From Felis catus (lineage: Eukaryota), in the NCBI RefSeq assembly GCF_018350175.1, contig NC_058377.1, positions 103,788,001 to 103,852,000 of the forward strand: 64,000 nt of DNA, written 5' to 3'. The translations under genes and the position numbers were made by a program. Under the pieces are notes generated by a model, which was given only the letters and a program-made list of their open reading frames with translations, searched no databases and was not told where the DNA came from. How positions within the stretch are numbered: the stretch's first letter is position 1; the number at the start of each line of letters is the position of its first letter. Positions 48,636 to 61,074 of this stretch are shown piece by piece.

Positions 48636-50722
48636 CCTTGTCAAGGGGAACAGACAGAGAAAAACAACAAGAAAAGAAATCAGTATTATAGATGGAAAGA
48701 ACGGTGTAAGAGTATGCCACATTTGTGCAACAGTGAGCTCAACGTAGCCATGAAGTAGTACACTCATGGAGTGAGTACCACTAGTTGACATTTACAAGGA
48801 AAGTTAGGAGAGAACTCCATTTGTTGTCCCTTAACCAATGTAAATCTGTGATTTCTATTGGGAGAGAGGATCCTCAAATCACTCCAAAGCTATGGTTTCC
48901 TCCTAGACAGAAGATAATACTGTAAGCGGGAGTATTCATCAAGAAATAACAATGATGGGTAAAGGTCATGGACAACTCACCTGGATTTGTGCAAGGCTTA
49001 AGCAAATAGAGATGCTAAGCACTCCCCCTGGAGAAAAACTGTCTCCTCACTGTATAGCAAGATTATCCCAATCACAGGTGAGCCAGGCCCAAATTCCTCA
49101 CTGTTTCTGCACGTAGGGACCCCAAAACTCCTTAATATTTTCCACTCAATCCATTAGAAGGTAAAGAAAGAGTCGTGAAAAGCATGAATGTTTAATTGTT
49201 GAATCTGGGAATTTTCTAGTGTCTGTAATGAGAGGAATGAGAATAGCATTAGCAAAAGTTTTACCTAACAGTCCAGCTGATATTTTGCTGGGACCTATTG
49301 ACTTTGTTAGACGATGTCTTTCTTCATGATTACGCTCAAGCCACAGAAGCTGGCATTCATGTGTCAATCAGAGTAGATCAAATGCTATGACAAAATCAAA
49401 GTACTTAATAACCAGAGAGCTTTAAAAGAAATGTTGTAGGCACTTTACCTGAGAGCTTCAAAAGATGCTTTGCAGTGAGTAGAAATTTATTTCCTGCTCA
49501 TGGCACAAACCAATGCTGGTCTTTAGAAAGAGCTGTTCCATGCAGTCATTTACAAAGATAAGCTTCTTCCACTTTGGGCTCTACCTCTCTCTACATCCTT
49601 AGCATCTCTCCATTCATCTAACAAATGGAGAAAGGGAGAGAGGATTAAGAATTATAGGGAGAGGGGAGGGATCATTATTGGCCAGTCCTGAGAGTGATAT
49701 GTACCACTTCTGATCACATTTCATCAGCCAGCCCTTGATCATATGGTCCCAGGTCCCCGCAAAGGAATCTGGAGAATGTAATCTAGCCCTATTCCCAGAA
49801 AGAAAAGGAGAACGTGAAAAATGGTGAACTCTAATGATCTCTTCCACATTTATGATTCATTGCTAAGAAATCACAATTGGATAAGATTACAGAGACTAAG
49901 ACTTTGTCTCTAAAAGGATTCTCCTAATATATAGATGTGCTGGAAATACTGCTAGACCCTTGGAATGCACAAAGAACTAAACTGAAATGAAGAAAATTGG
50001 GAGAAAGAAAATTTAATTTAAAAGAAGGGGAAGGGGATCAAGGTAATCCTGGGAATTAGAATGACAATAAACTGGAAGACCAAGTCCGCAAAGAAAACAC
50101 ACTGGAGTAAAGTGCCCAAAGAAGATAGGTCTGGAAGACACCCTTATAGAAGACAACCCTCATTTCTCCCCATAGTTGCCATAGGCTAATTGTAAACAAA
50201 CATTTATTAATGCAGAAGCTTCTACAGAGATGAGTGTCTTTCTGTTTGTTGATTATCCTTTCCTGTGTTCTATTCCATTCCCACCACTCAAAAATGTTCT
50301 GAATGATTTTCCAATATCAGACATACTTCCCCAAGCATTAAAATTCCAATAAAGACAAAGTTTTGTCTTCAGTTAGATTCATCTGCGGAACAAATGATCA
50401 TTTACCACCTGGCTCCATCTTTGCTCTGGTATCATTGTTCTCCAGATCCTATGTACTTTTCACAACGATGCCTTTTTCTTTTCTGTCCCTCTGCTGACTT
50501 TACCTTGAACAAAACCTTTGTGACTGGGTGGAATTTTAACTAACCAAAGATGTGTACAATCAGAGTTTATGTTTCCAAGTGTAGGACCCTACAAATGACA
50601 GCAATCCAGCAAAAGGCACCCAGGAAGCTGTCTTAGATTGTTTACACATGCAAAATAACCTGATCAAACGCAGTGAGGGATAGCAATTGAATTCATGAAA
50701 ACATTAAATTTACTTCTCTTTT

Positions 50723-50900
50723 GGAGTGCCTGGCTGGCTCAGTCAGTTGAATGTCCAACTTCGTCTTGGGTCATGATCTCGTGGTTTGTGGGTTCGATCC
50801 CCACATTGGGCTCTGTGCTGATGGCTTGGAGCCTGGAGCCTGCTTCAGATTCTGTGTCTCCCTCTCTCTCTGCCCCTTCCCTGTTCAAGCTCTGTCTCTC

Positions 50901-50941
<41 letters not shown>

Positions 50942-50958
50942 AAATAAACATTAAAAAT
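50723..50958 (+). mobile_element. Can-SINE
   Basis: TSD taaatttacttctcttt. Confidence 0.9.
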
Positions 50959-51315
50959 GTATAAATTTACTTCTCTTTCAACATGACATCAAATAATTAT
51001 TTGTATTTATATTTTTCTCCAGGTAGAGACATTTCCTTAGTTAACTAATACATATAAACTGATTCTAGCTTATCTTACACAGGTCACATATGCTTGGTCC
51101 TATCACCTATGATTTTTTTTCTATATAAAGAAGCTTGATTTTACATTTACACTGTATTTTTCATAAGCAAATCAACATATCTATATGCACAAATCAGCTG
51201 GTTTAGGAGTGATCCTGCCATTCTGGACTTCTTTGAGAAATTCAAAGTCTTTCAAGTCTGAAAGAGAATGTTGTCAATATAGCTCTTACTCAATAAAGAA
51301 GACTATTAGTTCAGT

Positions 51316-52065
51316 GCTGTGTTAGTAATCTATTACTATTATATTGTATTACCCCAAAACTTAGTGGCTTAAAACAACAGTTTTTGGGGTGCCTGTGTGG
51401 CTCAGTCAGTTAAGTGTCTGCCTCTTGGTTTTGGCTCAGGTCATGATCTTGCAATTTGTGGGTTTGAATCCTGTGTTGGGTTCTGCACTGGCAGCGTGGA
51501 GTCTGCTTGGGATTCTCTCTTTCTCTCTCTCCCTGTCTCTCTCTCTCTCTTCCTCTCTCTCTCTCTTTCTTAAAATAAATAAATAAAAACTTTTTTAAAG
51601 GAAAGGAAGCAGGCTTTTAAAAAATCAAAAAGCACAGTTTATGTTTTGGGAACTAGGCATGGCTTAGCTAAATCTTCTGCTTCCGGGTCTCTCACAAAGC
51701 AACAGTCAAATGTCAGCTGGGAGTTGTCTCATCTCAAGGTTCAACTGGGGAAAAATCTGCTTCCAAGCTCACTGACATGATTGTTGGCCCGAACATTGAG
51801 CTACGGGACTAAGGGCTTCAGTTCTTTATTGAATGTTGGCTGGAGACGATCTTCCAGCCTCTCTCCAATATGGCAGCTTACTTCATCAGACTGAACAATC
51901 AAGGCAAAAGAGTGTGCAGCAAGATAGAAGTCAGTCTTTTACAGCTTACTCTTACAAGTGACATCCTATCACTTTGGCTGTACTTCTGTTCACCAGAAGC
52001 AAGTCACTAAATTCAGTCCACACACAAGATGAGGGGATTGCACAAGAGCACGAACATCAGGTCCA
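51316..52065 (-). mobile_element. MaLR LTR (MLT1 type), antisense, with inserted SINE
   Basis: ccccaaaacttagtggcttaaaacaaca, tctgcttccaagctcact, gaagcaagtcactaa. Confidence 0.7.
51386..51600 (+). mobile_element. Can-SINE
   Basis: Consensus match. Confidence 0.87.
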
Positions 52066-52316
52066 GGACCAACAAAGTTCTAGAAGTAAATTATGAAAAA
52101 TTATTGCCAATTATTAAAGAAACCTGAAATTAATTTATTCAGAAAAGGTTACAAAAGACAAAAAAAAGGGTCGTGGGGAATGTCAGAGATGATTCAGAGG
52201 TACTGAGCCCTTATTGACAAGCAGAATGATAGAATGATAGTATCAGCCACAGCTAGAGAAGTATTTAGTTATTAATAACAATGATCAGATCAATTGTATT
52301 AATAACATTGATCAGA

Positions 52317-52543
52317 AGCGCCTGGGTGGCTCAGTCGGTTAAGTGTCTGACTTTGGCTCAAGTCATGATCTCACAGTTCATGAGTTTGAGCCCTGTGTCA
52401 GGCTCTGTGCTGACAGCTCAGAGCCTGGAGCCTGCTTTAGCTTCTGTGTCTCCCTCTCTCTCTCTCTCTCTCTGTGTTTCTTCTACTCACATTCTGTCTC
52501 TCTCTCTCTCAAAAATAAATATTTTTTAAAATTGAATAAAAAA
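52317..52543 (+). mobile_element. Can-SINE
   Basis: TSD aataaca.tgatcaga. Confidence 0.88.
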
Positions 52544-52582
52544 AATAACAATGATCAGATCAAATGATTAGACCAGATCAAC

Positions 52583-52690
52583 TTTTTAAAAAGATTTCAT
52601 TTTTAAGTAATCTCTGCACCCAACATGGGGCTTGAACTCACAACCCCAAGATCAAGAGTCACATGCTCCACCAACTGAACCAGACACCCC
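52583..52690 (-). mobile_element. Short Can-SINE variant
   Basis: taagtaatctctgcacccaacatggggcttgaactcacaaccccaagatcaagagtc. Confidence 0.8.
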
Positions 52691-53527
52691 TGCTATAGAC
52701 ATTTCAAATGTCTATACATATGCAATATCTATGATATGCGATATCCAAGCGAGACCATCCATCTATGGTCTATGGTGAGAGACAAGGTTTCAAAAATGAT
52801 ATTAAGGAATGAGATGGGAAGCAACATGCAACTCTCTGCTTTTAGGACTTCCGGAATCATAGGGCCTGGAACATGGTGGATGCTCAGTAAACATTTTGCC
52901 ATTAGATATTCGACGGATGAACAGTACGAACACATCTTTTATCTGCTCCTACCCCCACTTCTCCAGGGAGAAGATGCATTTCCCAATCTTTATGATGCTT
53001 CTGATTACACGTATCAATAGGACATCAAGCAAAGGATCTGCCTAGGAAGAAAAAAGCTTGGAATGGGCTGAAATACAGCCTATTGGGGGTTCTGTTCATT
53101 TTCCCTGAGGTTCTACCACTTACGGAAGCAGACTCCTGCCTCTTAAGGAGGCAGGCTCCCCCTATGAGCCCCCCTTCAGGCAAAGGTATGTGGGCTCTAA
53201 GCCCAAGGTTATTTTTAATCCAAATGAATACATTTGATTAAGGATAATTATTCTTTCTTCCTAAAAAAAGTGATTCAATTTATGAAAATTATGGGAAAAG
53301 GTTTACTTAAAGAAGATCTTTATTCAATATCAGATCATCTTACCTTCTTCTTTAAGTTCAAACATACACACATCCCCTTTGTTTTTCCTTATGTCTCGTT
53401 TGCCAACTAATTTTAGTTCATATACCATAGACTTCCACGTGACCTCATGAAGGAGCTTTACATGTAAGCTTTACACGTAAGTACATGTAAAATGTGGCTT
53501 CTACATAGTTTGATCTGAGGAATCTGA

Positions 53528-53660
53528 GTGTATTAGTTTACTATGACTACTGTAAACTAATTGCCACAAAGTGGCTTCAAACCACATACATTAATTATCT
53601 CACAGTTCTGTAGCTTAGAATTTTGACAAAGGTCTCACTGGGTTGAAATCAAGGCATCTA
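53528..53660 (-). mobile_element. MLT1 LTR fragment
   Basis: tgtattagttt...ttatctcacagttctg...aaatcaagg. Confidence 0.6.
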
Positions 53661-54354
53661 CACAAATCTTCCAGTACATGACTTCTTAATAACACTCAAG
53701 GGAGCTTCATCCCAGAAGGAGAGTCTAGCTGTTCGAGTTAGCAGTCACATCCAAAACTATTCCCTGCGGTGAAATATCGGGTCCGGGCCTGGGAGACTGG
53801 TGCTCATGTCAGAGGCACCACAGAGCAGTGTGGTGGGACTGTGGGAGGACCGTGCAGAGGTGATTCTTGAAGCTGTCGTCTGCCTCTGACAGTAGGAAAT
53901 AAGACGTTGACCCAACCAACACTCAGATGCACGTCTGCCCTACAGGAGAATATTCTTTGACGGTTAGCGTCTCCTAAGGTCAGTATGTGCAACCAAATGG
54001 CAGGCTCTGCTTCTCAGGTAAGGGATTCAAGTTTGGGACCTTTAATGAGGTCACTTTGTTATGAGGGCACTTTAGTAGGTGCTCACACGTCCGACTGTGT
54101 GTCTGTGTGTGTGTGTGCCCATGCACAGCCCATTTTGAAATGTTATGGTGAATCACAAAAGGGGTTTGAACATTAACGATGCTCCTGTACATTATATTAT
54201 GTAGATTAAAGCTAGAAACTGTAGTGAAGCCAAGAAGAGGAATTTGTCCTTCAAGATGAGGAAGGTGGCTTGAATAGCCTACAAGGATATCAGCTGGTAA
54301 AGGGATGAGTGGCCTCTCTCAGGCGGGGGATTCTGTGAAAATCAATAAGCCCAG

Positions 54355-54551
54355 TTTATTTCTTTTTATGTTTATTTATTTTTGGGAGAAAGCATGAGCA
54401 GAGAAGGGGCAGGGGGGTGGGGGACAGAGGATCTCAAGCAGTCTCTGCTCTGACAACAGTGAACCGGATGTGGGGCTCGAACTCACGAACTGTGAGACCA
54501 TAACCTGAGCCGAAGTCAGACGCTCAACTCAGTGAGTCACCCAGGTACCCC
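54355..54551 (-). mobile_element. Can-SINE
   Basis: Antisense consensus. Confidence 0.85.
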
Positions 54552-55060
54552 AATACACCTGTTTTATGAAGACGGGTCGACCTGGGCATGCTTCTGAAGA
54601 AGCACTTGGGATCTTGAGTTTGTTCTTGCCAAAAACAAAAACAAAAGCAAATTTATAAACGATGCTTGTCTGTTTTCTTTCCTCTTTTTTGTTCCAAACA
54701 GACCCATACATTCTCCACCTTTTCGTTTCCTAGTTGCACATACATTTTGTGCACAGCAGAGCACCATTTTTGGCATTTCTTGGTGATTTTGGTGACTTGG
54801 TCACATCCAAGACTAATTTCTGCACAGAACCTTACACATCTGGGTTTCAAAGCCCATTCTCTCAACCACTACGATAAGCCACCCCCCAGAAATCCTTGAT
54901 GTCAACAGTTTGACTTGACGTCACCAGTGGGCTTACAGTTAAATATCAAGAAATAATTGAAGTTTGTGGTTAATGGAGATTTAACCATTCGTAGGCAGTG
55001 GGCAGAACGGCCCTTGACTAGGCATGAGGTAGTTGAGGCAATAGGATTTAAAACAATTCA

Positions 55061-55305
55061 GGGGCACCTGGGTGGTTCAGTCAGTTAAGCGTCCGACTTT
55101 GACTCAGGTCATGATCTCACAGCTTGTGAGTTTGAGGCTGGCGTTGGGCTCTGTGCTGACAGCTCGGAGCCTGGGGCCTGCTTCAGATTTTGTGTCTCCC
55201 TTTCTCTCTGCCCCTCTCCTGCTCACACCCTGTTTCCCTCTCCTTCAAAAATAAATACACATTTTTAAAAAAATTTTTTAATAAATAAATAAATATAAAT
55301 AAATA
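55061..55305 (+). mobile_element. Can-SINE
   Basis: TSD taaaacaattca. Confidence 0.9.
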
Positions 55306-55393
55306 AAACAATTCATCATTAAAGCTCCAAAGGCCTAGAAATCAATGGGTCCATTTAATATTGTACTGTGCTGTGCAGATGTCACCTACTTTC

Positions 55394-55618
55394 TTTTTTT
55401 TTTTTTTTTAAGTTTATTCATTTGTTTTGAGAGAGGGAGAGAGAGAGAACAAGCAGGGGAACGGCAGAGAGGGAGGGAAAGAGGGAAAGAATCCCAAGCA
55501 GGCTCCGCACTGTCAGCACAGAGCCCGATGTGGGACTCAAACTCACAAACCGTGAGATGGTGACCTGAGCCGAATCAAGAGTCTGGTGTTTTACTGACTG
55601 AGCCCCCCCAGGCATCCC
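55394..55618 (-). mobile_element. Can-SINE
   Basis: TSD cctacttt. Confidence 0.88.
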
Positions 55619-55887
55619 TGGCCTACTTTCAGAAGGACTGACGGCAGCAAGTGTTCCCCTTTCACTGATGAAAAGACTGAGCCTCCTGGAGTCTGCTGCC
55701 TTTAGAGATTCCCCCATCGCTGTGAACCCACCAAAGCTCCTGTCCCCCAAGCTGGTGTCTTCCCTCCGCGCCCTATTACTTCCGCCACAGCTCAAAATAA
55801 AAGCAAAATCCTCTGTGTGTTCCTAAAACACTACGTGTGTTCTGAGTTTATTTTTTTTTAATCTTTTTTTTAAAAACTATTACTCTG

Positions 55888-56322
55888 GGGGTGCCTGGGT
55901 GGCTCAGTCGGTTAAGCGTCCGACTTCAGCTCAGGTCATGATCTCCGGGTCCGTGAGTTTGAGCCCCACGTCAGGCTCTGTGCTGACTGCTTAGAGCCTG
56001 CAGCCTGCTTTGGATTCTGGGTCTCCCTCTCTCTGTCACTCCCCTGCTCATGCTCTGTCTCTCTCTGTCTCAAAAATAAATAAAAACATTAAAAAAAATT
56101 TTTTTTAAATATTACTCTGGGGGTGCCTGGGTGGCTCGGTCTGTTAATGCCAGACTTCGGCTCAGGTCATGATCTCACAGTTCCTCAGTAGGAGCCCCAC
56201 ATCAGGCTCTATGCTGACAGCTTGGAGCCTGGAGCCTGTTTCAGAATCTGTGTCTCCCTTTCTCTGCCCCTCCTCTGCTCGTGCTCTCTCTCTCTCAAAA
56301 ATAAATAAACATTAAAAAAAAA
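55888..56322 (+). mobile_element. Two tandem Can-SINEs (heads near 55888 and 56119)
   Basis: tattactctggggg precedes both heads. Confidence 0.9.
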
Positions 56323-57416
56323 TTTTTTTAATGAGAAAATGTCTGGCCCTTTTAAAAACTAAAAATGTTTGAAGACAGTGACATTCCCTGAGAATTATTG
56401 ATGGGTCAGTAGATCATTGGCAGAAAGCCTAGAAAGGTAGCTGTGTGTGGCTTGGGCTCCAAGGGAAAGAGAACGGGAGGAAAGTGAGCGAAGGAGAAGT
56501 TCTGTTCTGATGAGAAATTGCAAGAGACAGTTCAGTGAGATCAGAGGACCCTGTAGTTCACGACAGGCCCCTGCTGGCTTCGGTGTGGACAGAATACGGA
56601 AGGAAGGAATACAAAACAGCATCAGAGCCGAGCCCTGCCAGACATTAGAGTAGTGGTAAGGACCATATTAAGTATTGGCAGTGGGGGACGTGAGTTCCAT
56701 CCTGATCTGCACAGAGGTGACCGGGCGGGCATTCTGGACGGGGAATGAGGGAGAAGCAAGCGTCAGAGAAGGGACAGATGGCAAGAAACAGGTCCATGTC
56801 CCTGAGACTAGGCCTCTGCTCTGTCTGCCAGCGGCCGGTTATGGAAGTCAGCATTCTGACCTCGCACAGAGACAGGGAGACGGAGGCCCATCCTTCCTGA
56901 TGATTACAGCTCTCTGGTCCTTGTAGAAAAACTGCATTGCAAGAAATACATGTTCACCACTGCAAGCCCTTTTTAGTAAATGCTCTGAGAAAGGGAGGTC
57001 AGGGGTCTCTCTCACACAGAAAACTTTCCTGGCACTGATGAGCTTTTTCGGGGAGGCGTTTGAATGGGGGAATGGGGGGCGGGGGGGGGGGCTGGTGTCA
57101 TCCTAAGGACACAGACTTCTGCTACCCGAGGCCCTGATAAACTTGGGGCCTGTCTGGGTGCAGAGATTTGGACAGAATCATTTGGGTCAAGAACTCGGCA
57201 GTTCTCCGCAGCACAGGGAAACTTTTGGGGGTGGATGGAGCTTTTTTAAGAGAGATCTGAAAAGGGAGATTTTATTGTAAGCAGGTGACAAAACCACAAA
57301 GCCGGATGCCTGTCGACACCCAAAGCAGGACTTATTGCAAATGTTCTTCTCTTTGTAACAGGATGGGAAGCAGGGGGAAAGCACTGAATTAGGATTTATA
57401 GAAAGTGACACTTGGT

Positions 57417-57652
57417 GGGGTGCCTGGGTGGCTCAGTCAGTTAAGCGTCAGGCTTCGGTTAAGCATCAGACTTCAGCTCAGGTCATGATCTCACAGCTCG
57501 TGGGTTTGAGCCCCGCGTCGGACTCTATGCTCACAGCTCAGAGCCTGGAGCCTGCTTCTGATTCTGTGTCTCCCCTCTCTCTCTCTCTCTCTGCCTCTCT
57601 CCCACTCACACTCTGTCTCTCCCTCAAGAAGAAATAAACGTTAAAAAAAAAA
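57417..57652 (+). mobile_element. Can-SINE with internal 18-bp duplication
   Basis: gttaagc.tcag.cttc occurs twice; TSD aaagtga..cttggt. Confidence 0.88.
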
Positions 57653-57673
57653 AGTGATGCTTGGTAATAAAAG

Positions 57674-57887
57674 TTTTTATTTATTTATTTACTTACTAAA
57701 GTTTATTCACTTATTTTGAAAGAGAGAGCAAGAGTGTGTGAGAGCAGGGGAAGGGCAGAGGGAGAGAATCCCAAGAAGGTTCCGTGCCATCAGCACGGTG
57801 CCCCACGCGGGGCTTGAACTCATGAACCACGAGATCACGACCTGAGCCGAAGTCAGACACTTAACCGACTGAGCCACCCAGGCACCC
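57674..57887 (-). mobile_element. Can-SINE
   Basis: Antisense consensus. Confidence 0.87.
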
Positions 57888-58234
57888 TTAAAAGGTTTTT
57901 TTTTAAATGTGTTTCTTTACCAAATGTAAATGTTCTAAATCATTTTATCCTTTGGTATATCTGCTTTTTAAAAAAATTAATAGATTTTTGTTCTTAGAGT
58001 AGCTTAGGTTTACAGGGAAATTAAACAGAAGGTACAGAGAGCCCCACACTCCTTCTCCTCCCCTGCCCTGCCGCAGTTTCCCCACTATCAATATCTTGCA
58101 TGGGTGTGCACTGTGTTCGTTAACAACGGAGGAACCAGGATTGATACATTTATTAACTAAAGTCCTTAGTTTGCGTTAGGGCTCATTCTTAGTGTTGTAC
58201 ATTCTCTGGATCTGACACATGTGTGATGCCATGT

Positions 58235-59103
58235 TGAAAGAGCAGACCCAGGCTGGCCAACTAGTGACTATGTCCCAGACGTGGCCACAGAAAGAAGTTC
58301 CCGCTCAAACCTCAGACCACGCCTCCCCCCCTTGAGTAACTTATGTTTTCTAAGAAAGCAGGCTACCGATTGATGCATTCTTCCGAAGTCTAAGGTGGGA
58401 GGAAGGGGAGTGTGAGAGGCGTGGAAAGTGTGAGAAGAGGGAGGGCTTCTCTCAGGTAGGGGCCAGAGGCAGGAGCCCTCAACCCTGTCCAGGCTTAGAA
58501 TGACCTGGGAGCATTTTAATAACTGACCCCTCCCCAAACCAATTAATCAGTCTCTGGGGATGGTGTTTGCTGGTAGGTATTTATCTAGCACAGCAAGGCT
58601 GACAGCCAATGGTTAATAGGTGACCAGTGAGAAACGTTCTGTATACACTGAGGCCAAACATGTTAAACAACCTCAGACACAGTGGTTCTTAAACTTCAGG
58701 TGCATCAGAATCTCCTGGAAGACTTGTTCAAACACAGATTGCTGAGCCCCACCCCCAGAGTTTCCGATTCAGTGGGTCTGTGACCACCAGGCCCAACATT
58801 TGCATTTTTAACAAGTTCCAGGTGATGCTGATAATTGCTGATCTGGGACCACACCTTGGCAGCCATTGGTCTATCCTTCCCCAGCCAATCAGCTGAGGCC
58901 ACGACCCTTCCCCAGCCAATCGGCTAAGGCCATGATCCCTATAAAACCTTTGTGCTTTTGAAACCCGCTTTCTCCGGTATCTCACCGCTGCCTCGGTGCA
59001 GGTAGGGGATTGAGCTCGAGCTAGCTCGACTAAAGGCTCTTTGCTTTTGCATCGGACTCGGCTCCCTGGTGGTCTTTGGGGATCACGAATTCTGGGCATA
59101 ACA
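58235..59103 (+). mobile_element. ERV1-type solo LTR with an internal foreign segment
   Basis: Starts tgaaaga, ends cataaca, flanks atgt/gtgt. Two 31-bp CCAAT repeats (58874-58935), tataaaa at 58940, actaaa polyA variant at 59029, CpG-rich R/U5. Confidence 0.75.
58680..58868. mobile_element. MER5A (hAT-Charlie) DNA transposon
   Basis: cagtggttcttaaact...gtgcatcagaatctcctgga...ccccacccccagagtttccgattcagt...tttgcatttttaacaagttcc follows the MER5A consensus. Confidence 0.88.
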
Positions 59104-59407
59104 GTGTATCCATGATTAAAAATAAAAATCCCTAAAAGTCCCCTGTGCCTCACCTATCCATCCCTCCCCACCTGCACACCCCAGCCCTTGGCAACCGTTA
59201 ACTTTCCTACTACAGTTTTGCCTTTTCCAGAATGTCATATAGTTGGAATCATACAGTATATATATTTTCAGATTATCTTCCTTTGCTTAGGAATTGTGCA
59301 TTTAAGCTTCCTCCTTGTTTTCTCGTGCCTCAGTAGCTCATTTCTTTTTGTAACTAAATAATATTCCATTGTGTGGAATGTATCTGCTTTTTAAATGCTA
59401 TATTTGA

Positions 59408-59586
59408 GGGGCGCCTGGGTGGCTCAGTTGGTTGAATATCTGATTTCAGCTCAGGTCATGATCTCCTGGTTCATGAGTTTGAACCCTGCATCAGGCTTGC
59501 TGCTGTCAGCACAGAGCACACTTTGGATCCTCTGTCCCCCCATTCTCTGCCCCTCTCTCGCTCACTCTCTCTCTTTCTCTCAAAAA

Positions 59587-59633
<47 letters not shown>

Positions 59634-59640
59634 CATTTAA
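59408..59640 (+). mobile_element. Can-SINE with (TAAA)n tail
   Basis: Consensus match. Confidence 0.88.
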
Positions 59641-59819
59641 TAAAAATACTATAGTTGATCTTCATTGCAATTATTTCAAAACACCATCTTTTATAGGAGA
59701 AGTGTACCAGCATCTCCCAAATAATGTTGCAAGAAGACTGGCCCAGCAAAATGTTAACTGGTGCAGCATGAGGGGACATGTGGTCTGTGGGAACTCAGGT
59801 TAAAGAATTAAACAAGTCA

Positions 59820-60040
59820 GGGGCGCCTGGGTGGCTCGGTCGGTTAAGTGTCTGACTTCGGCTCAGGTCATGATCTCGCGGTCCGTGAGTTCGAGCCCCG
59901 CGTCAGGCTCTGTGCTGACAGCTCAGAGCCTGGAGCCTGTTTCGGATTCTGTGTCTCCCTCTCTCTCTGACCCTCCCCTGTTCATGCTCTGTCTCTCTCT
60001 GTCTCAAAAATAAATAAACGTTAAAAAAAATTAAAAAAAA
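59820..60040 (+). mobile_element. Can-SINE (young)
   Basis: TSD aaagaattaaacaagtc. Confidence 0.93.
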
Positions 60041-61074
60041 AAAGAATTAAACAAGTCCATTCAAACTTCACAACCCTATGACACAAGCATGATTCTGCCC
60101 ACTTGTACTGATGATACACAGAAGCTCAGAGTCACCTACTAATTGAGCCACCTACTCAGTTAAGACAGTCTGTATTCAAATCCAGGTCTACTGATTCTAA
60201 AATCCGTGCTTTTTTGCACAAAACTGAAGCCTCTACAAATAGTGAGGTGAGACGAAGTGCCATCCAAAGGTAGGTGTTAAGAAGGGAGGGAGCCCGAGAA
60301 AAGACAGCCATTTGTGCAGTGGCCTCGGTGAGAAAGCCTTTGCCAAGAGCGTTATGAGGAGCAGGGGCTGTGGCTAGCACTTGCCAAGTCCCATGTGGAC
60401 CAAAGAGAACAAGCCGCCAAAAAGAAGAAAAACTGAAAACAAAAGCAGCTTGTGCTCAGATTGCATGAGCTGCTGCAAAGCTCTTTATCCTCAGGGGAGA
60501 AGGCAAACTGGAAATGGTTTTTCTTGCCTTGGTGCTGATCATCAAGCATCGTGACAATTTGCACAGACTATGCCAAGCAGATCATCTACTGTGGAAGATG
60601 GTGAGACAAGACGCTCTAAGCTTCCAGTACCGTCTCAGGCCCTGTTTTATACTTTTCCCCGGCATGTTTCCCACGTCCTAACAATGAGATACAGGAGTTC
60701 TCACTGAAAAACAAAATGAGTCCTCTTTGCTTCTCAGGCCATCTAGGGACTTTTCAAGAGGGGTACAGGATATGTAAAATTATGCAACCATAATAAAAGG
60801 TCAAAAGAATTTAATGGCATGCTGATTTTGGTGCTTTGATTAATCACATCCATTGGAAACTCACTTTTTCATTTACTCTGAAGGAACTCTAAACACACCA
60901 TCTACTGGGGATATCTTCCTGAATTGTAGGCATCCCTGCCCACAAGGAAAATAACTGCAAAAATAACCCTTGAGACCCTCCAGTCCTACAGCTCACATTC
61001 CTTTTGTTTTTAACGATACACCTCGTATTTTCCATTTTCTCCCTAGGTAGTTGAAGACGAAGAAACATAACACA

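Larger units (their letters stand above)
57965..59385 (-). mobile_element. L1MC-like 3' UTR, antisense, split by an LTR at 58235-59103
   Basis: attaactaaagtcc and tgttgtacattct on the left resume as gtatcca...gccttttccagaatgtcatatagttggaatcatacagta on the right. Confidence 0.8.

Noticed and set aside
53660-54000. Relatively CpG-rich unique stretch as a possible processed pseudogene
   Set aside because: No recognisable protein in the frames I read, and no poly(A) or TSD.
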